Source: Methanomassiliicoccaceae archaeon
Lineage (GTDB): Archaea; Thermoplasmatota; Thermoplasmata; Methanomassiliicoccales; Methanomassiliicoccaceae
Reading direction: 5' to 3'
Assembly: GCA_963728405.1 (NCBI GenBank)
Contig: CAVSJV010000005.1
Location: 32,001 to 96,000 of the forward strand
DNA: 64,000 bases
The position numbers were made by a program, and so were the translations under genes. Shown one piece after another: positions 55,546 through 64,000 of this stretch. The notes beneath the pieces are model-generated. The model saw only the letters and a program-made list of their open reading frames with translations. It was not told where the DNA came from and made no database searches. How positions within the stretch are numbered: position 1 is the stretch's first letter; the number at the start of each line of letters is the position of its first letter.

Positions 55546-56376
55546 ATGCACGAGACGTGGGCCTTGACCGTGAGAGAGCTGAAACACTGGTATAGGGTCA
55601 AGATCCAGATCTTCATGACCCTCATCCAGCCGATCGTCTGGCTGGGGCTGTTCGGTCAAGCGTTCAACCTCGGCGCGGTGTTCGCCGGCCCAGGCGTACC
55701 GGCGGGAGCGTTCCAACAGGCGTTCGCCGGTGCACCGGACTACTTCTCGTTCATGTCGGTCGGCATGCTCGCGGTGATAACGCTGTTCGCTTGCATGTTC
55801 TCCGGCATGAGCATCGTGTGGGACCGGCGGTTCGGATTCCTGAACAAGCTCAAGGTGGCGCCCATACCGAGGGGCGTGGTGCCGGTATCGAGGATACTTG
55901 CTACGGTCGTCCGGGCCATGATACAGGTGGCCATCGTGCTGATCATCGCTGCAGCGTTCGTCTATGTCCCCGGCCTCACCGGCCTTAGCGTGAAGGCGAG
56001 CTTCAGCCTGTTCGACCTGGGCGGGATGTTCCTCATCCTGTTCCTGCTGTCCCTGGGCTTCGCATCGCTGTTCACCGCGATCGCGCTGGCCGTGGAGAAC
56101 CAGGAGACCCTGTTCGGCGTGATCAACCTGCTGAACCTGCCCCTGATGTTCGCCTCCGCGGCGCTGTTCCCGTTGTTCTTAATGCCTGGTTGGCTCCAAA
56201 GCATCGCCAAGTACAACCCCCTCACCTGGGCTGCGGACGGCCTGCGGCAGTTCGCGTTCGTGGACACCAGCGCCGTTTACAGCGTGGAGTGGGACATAAT
56301 CGGGCTGGCGATCTTCTCCCTGGCCCTGGTAGGGATCAGCATCGTTGTATCGAGGAAGCTGCTGAGCAACAAGTGA
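55546..56376 (+). CDS. ABC-2 type permease
   Basis: Six TM segments, DRRFGFL..L.VAP, NPLTW. Confidence 0.92.
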   Translation: MHETWALTVRELKHWYRVKIQIFMTLIQPIVWLGLFGQAFNLGAVFAGPGVPAGAFQQAFAGAPDYFSFMSVGMLAVITLFACMFSGMSIVWDRRFGFLNKLKVAPIPRGVVPVSRILATVVRAMIQVAIVLIIAAAFVYVPGLTGLSVKASFSLFDLGGMFLILFLLSLGFASLFTAIALAVENQETLFGVINLLNLPLMFASAALFPLFLMPGWLQSIAKYNPLTWAADGLRQFAFVDTSAVYSVEWDIIGLAIFSLALVGISIVVSRKLLSNK

Positions 56377-56553
56377 GCACCAAACCCTTTCCATCCCTTT
56401 TTCTAAATAATTTCGATACCTATTTGCGCCCGCTTGCAGATAGTTCGTTCCTATCTGTCCTTAACCAGCAGCTCTCCGACCCGTAGATGGGGATACATCG
56501 CCGCGGAGCACGATGCTTTGATGTAATGGACGTTTTAGCGTTGGAACGGCCGC

Positions 56554-56748
56554 TCAATCCATCTTCTTGAAAACTATCCCGTGGCTAAGGAGGTTCGCTT
56601 CCTTGAGCACGACATTGTCGAGCACGACCTGCTCCCCGACGATATTGGTGCAGATGGCCTGGGGGCCGCGCATGACGATCCTGGTCGCATCCTTCAGGAC
56701 CTCTTTCATCGCGCCGTTCTCTTCCAAGAACACCGTCGACTCACACAT
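56554..56748 (-). CDS. cooT: CooT family nickel-binding protein
   Basis: N-terminal MCES, C-terminal NLLSH, 64 aa. Confidence 0.78.
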   Translation of the reverse strand: MCESTVFLEENGAMKEVLKDATRIVMRGPQAICTNIVGEQVVLDNVVLKEANLLSHGIVFKKMD

Positions 56749-56799
56749 GCCCGGAACATCGGTCTGGCGAGTATAAAACGCTTTTTTATCCGTTCCAGC

Positions 56800-57237
56800 T
56801 CAGAGCGTGCTCTGGGTGTGCTTGCTCTCCGAGCGCCTCGGCTTCGGCTGCGCGTCATGGAAGGTGTACTTGGTCGGAATCTTCTTGGTCGTCCCCCTGC
56901 TGTAGGGGCAGGACGTGCATCGATAACCTAGAATGACCGAACCACCGTAGATGGTCTCGTTCCTAACCTTGCGCATGCGGGAGCCACAAACAGGACATCG
57001 CCCCATCTTGGTCTTGACCCCGCTGTCCCGCGATTCCACATCCACCTTCACCAGGCCGGATTGGATGGCGACCTTGCGTACCCGCTCCTCTGTGACGGCA
57101 TACTCATTGTCCAAGTGCTTGAGCTTCTCCCGAACGAATTCCGCGAACAATCGCTGGGAGGAGATAGCTCCATGCTCCCTCAGAACGTCGGAGATGGCCA
57201 CCGCTAAAACCTCGATGGTTGGGACGCGGTAGCTCAT
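56800..57237 (-). CDS. Zn-ribbon hypothetical protein
   Basis: CPVCG...YRCTSCPY. Confidence 0.7.
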   Translation of the reverse strand: MSYRVPTIEVLAVAISDVLREHGAISSQRLFAEFVREKLKHLDNEYAVTEERVRKVAIQSGLVKVDVESRDSGVKTKMGRCPVCGSRMRKVRNETIYGGSVILGYRCTSCPYSRGTTKKIPTKYTFHDAQPKPRRSESKHTQSTL

Positions 57238-57386
57238 GATGGGGAATGGTCCAGACTCTTAATGATGTTTTTGTTGCTACGATAGCTCAGGCTAGAAGTT
57301 ATAGTGCGCTTGCACAGACAAACTGCTCAGGAAGCACTATGCAGGTCCTTGCCTTCTTAACTGACTAGCGGCCGCTCGAACCAGGC

Positions 57387-57860
57387 TCACTTTATGTTGC
57401 TCAGGAACTCACGGGTGTAGGCATTCGCTATGTCTTGCGCATCGGGGGCCAGCGGACCCCACATCCCGGTGACCGCAAGGTGAAACATCTTCGAGCGGAC
57501 GGTCATGCCCCGGCCAGCGCATGCATCCGATGATCCGGCAGGCAGCGTTCTTGTTGCCGGCATCACCCCGATTAGCTTTGCGCTTCTCCGCGTCCAAAGA
57601 TAATGGCTCTACGGGGTTGAAGGCGTACATGGGCGATCTTCAGTAGCTATCCAGCCGCTCGAAGAATGGCCGGAACCTTGGTCATGCGTCCGCCCTGGTC
57701 GGGAGTTCAATGAACAGATCGTCCCCGCCGGCGGTCACGGTCCACCGTCCGACGGATATCAGCGAGATCTCGAGGCCCTAGGGTTGATCTCCTCGGCGTG
57801 GCCTCGGCACCTGTTCGGCTCGCCGGGGCGCCTCGGCAAGCCTATGGCGGCATGGCGCCG
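57387..57860 (-). pseudogene. Heavily disrupted flavodoxin-like gene
   Basis: Fragments in order: EQV/AEA/AEEI, LISVGRW..GGDDLFI, PTRA, FFERLD, PMYAF, KNAA.RI, FHLAVTGMWGPLAPDAQDIANAYTREFLSNIK*. Confidence 0.55.
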
Positions 57861-57919
57861 TTTCCTGAAGAAGGTGAACCTTCCGCGGGGCGTCCGAATA
57901 TGCCATCTTGACCACTCAG

Positions 57920-58959
57920 GGGGCACCGCAACCGTCCAGGAAGAGCAGTGCCCGCCGTGGAGATGACCGAGCCCCCGGCGGCCAGGATAACTCGGCCCCG
58001 GTATTATCGTAGAAAGGCCGATGATATCAGCCCGGCCAGAGAAAACCGATGTAACCGAGGAGCACCAGACGGTATGAGGCGATCTGCATCTGAAAGACCA
58101 GGGAGGGATGTAGAATCTGTCCGCACCTTTTCCTAGACGGCCATCCGGGAGTAGGTCTTCTCCGTTACCCTCTTGGCCACGAAAAAGAATGGATGGTCGT
58201 CTAGCGGCCTACGACCTCTAGCTCGTCCTCCAACGCATCGATGTGCATCTCCATGGTCTCCAGCTCGATCGTACCGAGGTCGGTGGTCCGGGAACGTTCG
58301 ATCCCGCCATTCCCGCCATCTAGGGTGGGCAGATACTGGACGATGTCCATCCGGTAGACTCTCCCCGACCTCAAAAGGAACTGGCCATCCTTCATGGTCA
58401 GGGCCGCCCCGCACCTGGTCCTCCACCAGCCCATGGAAGCGCAGGAAGACCGATTCGCTGAAGATCTTGCTGCGAACGACCTCCCTGATCATATTGGCCC
58501 AATTATGGTCGTCGTCGACCGCTTTGGTCGAGAACCCTACATCGATGTTCCGAGCGGGAACACCAGATGGCCGACATGGCCTATGGTCACGTTCCCCGCT
58601 TTCATCGTATTACGGAGCTGGAGATCGAACCGGGTGGAGAAGTCATGAGATGAAGTGGTCAGGTCCACGAACCGCCCTAGGCGGTACCGGATCACCACAA
58701 AGGGACCATGGTCGCTGACCTCGGTGACGGTCGCCTCCCTCAGCGGCAGATAATACTCTTCCCCCTGCGATGTTCCAAGAAAGATCAGAAGGACCGATTG
58801 CCCCTTCAGCCCTCGGGGTCCACTTTCTCGTTCACCCACTTCCACTGATAGCGTGAACTGTAGTCGTAGCCCTCCGGTGCGAACAAGCAGATCCACCGTG
58901 TCCATCCAATAAGGTGGGGTATCTGAGTTAACGAGAGCGACGGATATGGGGCCGTCCAT
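57920..58959 (-). pseudogene. Disrupted hypothetical gene with C-terminal membrane segments
   Basis: ORF fragments 58537-58959, 58201-58434 and 58133-58200, plus downstream hydrophobic pieces in shifting frames. Confidence 0.4.
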
Positions 58960-59145
58960 GTCCTTGTACCGTTCATATCACGGACCGCGGGGCGTTATTA
59001 GAACCTTCTCAGCTCTGCCGGACGGTCATCAGGGTCCCGAGCTGGTGCGGAAGGTGTCGACCTGCCGTTCGGACCACGAATGCACCGATCCACCTTCAGC
59101 ATCCTAGATTTAGGGCGGGCGCCGATTCAATATTAAGGTGAGAAC

Positions 59146-60486
59146 ATGAGGACGGCGAAGGTGATCATCATGGGCGCGGCGGGAAGGGACTTTCACAACT
59201 TCAACACCTACTTCCGGGACAACCAGGAGTATGATGTGATCGCGTTCACCGCGGCGCAGATACCCAATATCGATGATAGGTGCTACCCGGCCAAGCTGGC
59301 CGGTAAACTCTATCCTAAGGGTATCCCCATCCTGCCGGAGGACGAGGTGCCGGAGCTGATCAGGAAGCACCGCGTCGAGCAGGTCGTGCTCGCCTACTCC
59401 GACCTGCCATACGATGAGGTCATGCACAAGGCGTCCATGGTGCTGGCGGCCGGAGCGGACTTCCGGCTCATGGGCAACGAGCGCATCGTCCTCCGCTCGG
59501 TGGTGCCGGTGGTCAGCGTCTGCGCGGTGAGGACCGGTTCAGGGAAATCACCCACCACCCGCCGGGTCTGCAAATTGCTGCGGGAAAAGGGTCTGAAGGT
59601 CGTTGCGGTCCGTCACCCCATGCCCTACGGTGACCTGTGCAAGCAGATATCGCAGCGCTACGCGACCTACGAGGACCTGGACAGATACAAGACGACCATC
59701 GAGGAGCGGGAGGAGTACGAACCCCTGATCGATAATGGCATCATCGTCTACGCTGGCGTGGACTACGAGGTCATCCTCCGGGAGGCGGAGAAGGAGGCGG
59801 ACGTCATCGTGTGGGACGGCGGTAACAACGACTTCCCGTTCTATCGTTCCGACCTGCAGCTGGTCATCGCCGACCCCCACCGCCCGGGGCACGAGATGTC
59901 CTATTATCCGGGCGAGGCGAACGTGCGTATGGCCGACGTGATCATCATCAACAAGGTGCAGACCGCCGACCGCCAGAACATCCTCCGGGTGAAGGAGAAC
60001 TGCAAGCGGTTGAACCCGAGCGCGACGATCATCGAGGCGGCGTCCCCCATTAGCGTCGACAGGCCGGAGGATGTGCATGGCAAGCGCGCCCTGGTCGTGG
60101 AGGACGGCCCGACCGTCACCCACGGCGGCATGGCCTTCGGGGCCGGCCTCATCGCCGCCGAGGACAACGGTGCGGTCATCGTCGATCCCCGGCCGCGCGC
60201 GGTCGGCTCCATCGCCGGAGACCTTCTCCAGTTCCCCCACCTGACCAAGGTGCTGCCGGCCATGGGCTACTCGCCCGAACAGGTCAGGGAGCTCGAGGAG
60301 TCGATAAACGACACCGACTGTGATGTGGTGATCACGGGTACGCCCATCGACCTTCGCCGGGTGCTCAAGGTGAACAAGCCCATCGTTCGCGCCCGGTACG
60401 AGACGGTCGAGATCGGACATCCCTCGCTGGACGAGATCCTGACCGCTTGGCTGGATAAGATGGAGAAGGGGCGCAGCCCGTACTAG
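59146..60486 (+). CDS. COG2403 P-loop ligase, probable arginine synthetase (ArcE-like; cDPG synthetase-related)
   Basis: IMGAAGRDFHNFN, AVRTGSGKS, RHPMPYG, EEREEYE, WDGGNND, VEDGPT.THGG, LPAMGY. Confidence 0.7.
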   Translation: MRTAKVIIMGAAGRDFHNFNTYFRDNQEYDVIAFTAAQIPNIDDRCYPAKLAGKLYPKGIPILPEDEVPELIRKHRVEQVVLAYSDLPYDEVMHKASMVLAAGADFRLMGNERIVLRSVVPVVSVCAVRTGSGKSPTTRRVCKLLREKGLKVVAVRHPMPYGDLCKQISQRYATYEDLDRYKTTIEEREEYEPLIDNGIIVYAGVDYEVILREAEKEADVIVWDGGNNDFPFYRSDLQLVIADPHRPGHEMSYYPGEANVRMADVIIINKVQTADRQNILRVKENCKRLNPSATIIEAASPISVDRPEDVHGKRALVVEDGPTVTHGGMAFGAGLIAAEDNGAVIVDPRPRAVGSIAGDLLQFPHLTKVLPAMGYSPEQVRELEESINDTDCDVVITGTPIDLRRVLKVNKPIVRARYETVEIGHPSLDEILTAWLDKMEKGRSPY

Positions 60487-60654
60487 GACGTTAGCGGACC
60501 TATCCTGGGAGGGGGCGTCCTTCCAACGAGGGAAGGGTCATGGGCACAGGATGCCAAGAAATCAATATTGGTGGCGATATGAAAATCATTAAGTGCTCCT
60601 CTGGTCCGTCCAGGGGTAATCCTAGGAGCCACGTTCATACTGCTGTCCCCCCTC

Positions 60655-62702
60655 GTGCTGTCGGCCATCTCCGCCACCATCTCCCTCGTGCTGATATGGT
60701 ATGCTCAGCGGTACAAGGGGAAGACCAACACACGGTACTTCCAGGCGCTCATGCTGGTGGCCGCCTCGTGGGCCTTACTGTACGGGCTTGAGATGAGTTT
60801 TTCAGGCTGGGACGAGAAACTCCTGTTCTTCCACCTACGTTGGGTCCCCCAGGCTCTCATCGGGGTCACCATATTCTGCCTGGCCATCAGCTACGCGGGC
60901 AAGGATCAGTGGCTCACCCGCCGCAACCTTCTACTCCTAACGATCATCCCGGCGGTCACCATCGTCCTGGCCTTGGCCTCTCCATGGTCTCAGCTTTTCA
61001 AGTACGACTTCTCCTTGAGCACTAATGGGCCCTTCGTCATACTATCTTCCACCAGCGGCCCCTGGTTCCTGATCTACATAGTCTACAGCTACATCCTCAT
61101 CGCCGTCTCCCTGATCGCCATCGCCATGTCCGTCCGTGGAGGCAAGCACCTGTACCGGTCCCAGGCCGTGGTGTTCATCACGGGGCTGTCCATTGGTTTC
61201 TTGGTCGACGCCTTGTTCCAAGCGGGAGCTTTACCGACCAACGGCTTCAATCCTTCTTCATCGGCCATTTCCATCGGTGGGATATTTCTGCTCTGGGGAT
61301 TGTTCCAGTTCCGGCTACTGGACCTCCGGCCCATGGCCCGACAGATGGTGGTGGAGGAACTGCCCGACATGGTCCAGGTCTATGACGGCCAGCATCGTCT
61401 GGTAGACTTCAACAGGGTGACGGGAGAGGCCTTCGGGCTGCACGGCAAGGCGTCCCTGGGTCTCCCGGTTGAGGTGGTGATGGCCGGCCAATCCGAATTC
61501 GTCCACCGACTAAAGCAGGAGGAGGAGTTCCGGGCCGAGCTTGACCTCGTGAACATGGGCGCAGAGCACAGTTACGAGGCGTCGGTACGCTCGCTGGCGA
61601 TGGGCGAAGATGGCAAGGGCAGGGTAGTACTGCTCCGTGATATCACCGACCGCCGGAGGGTCGAGGACAAACTGCGGGCAAGCGAGGGGCGCTATCGCGA
61701 CCTCGTCGAGCTGGCACCGTTCCCCATCGTCATCACTGACAGGGACAGTGGAAAAATGGTGCTCGTGAACAAGGCCTGCATTGACCTGTTCGATATTAAT
61801 CCTGAGGATGTCAAGGCTCGCACTGCCAGGGAGTTCTACCTCCATCAAGAGGACCGAAATGATCTCTTGAACAGCTTGAGGGTAGGAGGGCCGGTGATCG
61901 ATCACGAACTTCAGATGAGGACGTCGAAGGGAGGGGTGTTCTGGGCCCACGTTCGGCCTCCATCATCGAACTCGATGGTGGCCATCATATCTTCCTGGCG
62001 TTCAATGATATCAATGAGCGCAAACGGGCAACAGAGGCGCTTCAGGTGGCCAACTCCAAGCTCAACCTGATGTCGAGCATCACCCGTCATGATCTCATTA
62101 ACAATCTCACCGCCATGCAGGGGTACGTTCAGCTATGCCGGTTGGACCGGTCCCCGGAGAAGATCGCGCCCTATCTGGACAGCATGGAGCGGCTCACCGC
62201 AGCGGCCGGGGCATTGTTGGCATTCACCAAGGATTATCAGGACCTTGGAATGGCCCCGCCCACTTGGCAGAGCATAAATGGCGTGATGTCCAAGGTCATG
62301 GCCCAGCTTGACATCCAGGCGGTCCGGTTCACCAGCAGCGCCCTGGGGGTCAAAGTGCTGGCCGACCCGATGCTGGAGAAGGTGTTCTACAACATCATGG
62401 AAAACTCCCTCCGGCACGGCGGAGGGGTCACCATGATCGAGGTCTCCTGCGTCCGCCTGGACAAGGCCCTTCTCCTCGTGTTCGTTGATGACGGGACAGG
62501 AGTCCCGAACGGGAACAAGGAGAGGATCTTCGAGCGCGGTTTCGGTAAGAACTCAGGCCTCGGTCTGTTCTTGAGCCGGGAGATACTCGCGATCACCGGA
62601 ATGAGCATCAGTGAACGCGGGAAGGAAGGCCAGGGCGTTCGGTTCGAAATAGAGGTGCCTGATAGCGGATACCGCATCGACGATGGCGTAGCGGCCCAAT
62701 GA
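60655..62702 (+). CDS. 7TM-PAS histidine kinase (frameshift near 61955; start uncertain)
   Basis: Seven TM helices, two PAS, ITRHDLIN H-box, N/G boxes (ENSLRHG, DDGTG, GLGLFL). Confidence 0.9.
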
Positions 62703-62938
62703 TGTCAAAAAGGTCGAGCCTGGCTTTTCGTGTATCCTATCGGGTCGCTCATCGCTCTGTAGGTTTGTCGATCATACTGGTCCTTTCCCAGGTGCCAGAT
62801 ACCAGTATCGTGTCCCCTTGCAATGCGCATCCTGCAAAACATCCGGGACTAGCATGGACCCCGTAGGTGTGATGCACCATTTGTCGTAACATGGGCTAGG
62901 CGCCGTTCGATGTGCTCATCGGTAGAACGGCCTCCAGC

Positions 62939-64000
62939 TCACTGGCGCTCGTAGCGATAAGCGCCCCTAGGCACGGTCATCTCGAAGCGAACTTCCTTTC
63001 CCATCTCCCCGGTCTCAGTGATGCCGATCCCGGTGATGGCCAAGACCTCCTTGGTGAGGAACAGCCCTAGCCCGGTGTTCTTACCAAATCCCCGCTCGAA
63101 GATGCGGGTCTTGTCCCTGTCGAGTATGCCCACACCGTTGTCCTGGTAGGTGAGCACAAGGCAATCCTCGCGCTCTTGACAAGTAAGGGAGATGTTGGTG
63201 GCCTCCTTCCCATGGCGGACCGAATTGTCCAGAAGATTGTAGAACACCTTCTCCATCATGGCATCTGCGTAGATGCTCAACCCTTCGGTCGAGGCGGATA
63301 CCTTGATTTGGTCGAGCGTCAGCTGCCCAACGGCCCGGGCGAAGAGCTCGTCGACCGTGTACCATGACGGGGCCTTGATGCCGACCCCCTCGTAGTCCTT
63401 GGTAAATGTGATGAGCGCTCGGGCCGCGTCCGAGGCCAGTCCTAGCTTGGCCAGGAACGACTTGGCCCTCTCGAGATCGCTCTCTTGTCGGGCGAGGGCA
63501 ACATAGCCGTCGATCACCGTCAACTTGTTAAGTAGGTCATGTCGGGTCATGCTCGTCAGAAGTCCCAGTCTTGCATTGGCAGCGTGCAGCGCCTCTTCCA
63601 TGCGCTTACGCTCGGTGATGTCCCTTAGCAGGACCATGCGGGCACGCAACTCCCCTCTAACTTCGACCGGCATGATGGACGCCTCGAAGATGCGCCGGTC
63701 GGCACCCTCGCCGAGCGTGACCTCGGCCCGGTCCATCTTCTCATCGAGCGTTGTTTCCAGGTCCTTACCGAACAGGAATACGCTCGCGATCGGTGCGCCC
63801 ATGGCGCTCTTCGAAGGGCAGTTGAACAGGGCTGCAGTAGCCCGGTTGAAATCAATCAATCGTCCCTCAAGATCGATGACCAGTAGAGCATCGGTCATGT
63901 TCTCCACCACCTCGCTGCGGGCGATCGGACGGACATCAAGGATCCTGTAGCGGTACAGCCCCCAGGCGACGATCGTACCGCTGATGGCGAAGGCGGCGAA
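62939..64000 (-). CDS. PAS histidine kinase with upstream TM region, N-terminus beyond the window
   Basis: WGLYRYRILDVRPIAR TM end, PAS, TRHDLLN, DNSVRHG, DNGVG, GLGLFL. Confidence 0.9.
   Translation of the reverse strand, partial: FAAFAISGTIVAWGLYRYRILDVRPIARSEVVENMTDALLVIDLEGRLIDFNRATAALFNCPSKSAMGAPIASVFLFGKDLETTLDEKMDRAEVTLGEGADRRIFEASIMPVEVRGELRARMVLLRDITERKRMEEALHAANARLGLLTSMTRHDLLNKLTVIDGYVALARQESDLERAKSFLAKLGLASDAARALITFTKDYEGVGIKAPSWYTVDELFARAVGQLTLDQIKVSASTEGLSIYADAMMEKVFYNLLDNSVRHGKEATNISLTCQEREDCLVLTYQDNGVGILDRDKTRIFERGFGKNTGLGLFLTKEVLAITGIGITETGEMGKEVRFEMTVPRGAYRYERQ

Noticed and set aside
11393-60420. Many long antisense or overlapping ORFs (e.g. 11393-12304, 12445-13329, 59548-60420)
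   Set aside because: Shadow ORFs of GC-rich coding genes without recognisable motifs
500-62702. Frameshifts in fpoN/K/H/B, uppS, fhs, hdrA, ppcA, RACo, acsB and others as programmed frameshifting or pseudogenes
   Set aside because: They are scattered through conserved genes with intact motifs on both sides and share no slippery motif; long-read indel errors are more likely
1-64000. Complete TAG-to-Pyl recoding
   Set aside because: TAG ends several genes at their expected C-termini (acsE, QueG-like, PIN, ArcE-like), and no internal TAG was seen in conserved genes

Overview
GC-rich archaeal chromosome segment, most consistent with Methanomassiliicoccales (Thermoplasmata). Evidence: a headless fpoABCDHIJ1J2KLMN operon without fpoF/O or nuoEFG, methanogenesis marker 11, archaeal kptA and ppcA, and TATA-type promoters. 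The main feature is a dispersed ~38 kb neighbourhood (18.8-56.7 kb) with a bacterial-type tetrahydrofolate Wood-Ljungdahl toolkit: folD, fhs, DUF3786, split hdrA-mvhD-metV-metF, acsE, purH, RACo, a MesB-like methionine synthase, cooC, acsBDC and cooT. No CO dehydrogenase is present in the window. Features missing from the ORF track include a diverged tandem duplication encoding two 27-29 aa membrane peptides with conserved structured leaders, degraded pilin and flavodoxin genes, and four amber (TAG) stops in frame with the next gene. Many conserved genes carry single-base frameshifts, most likely long-read consensus errors, so those coordinates are reconstructed by eye. All family calls come from motif recognition; no database searches were run.
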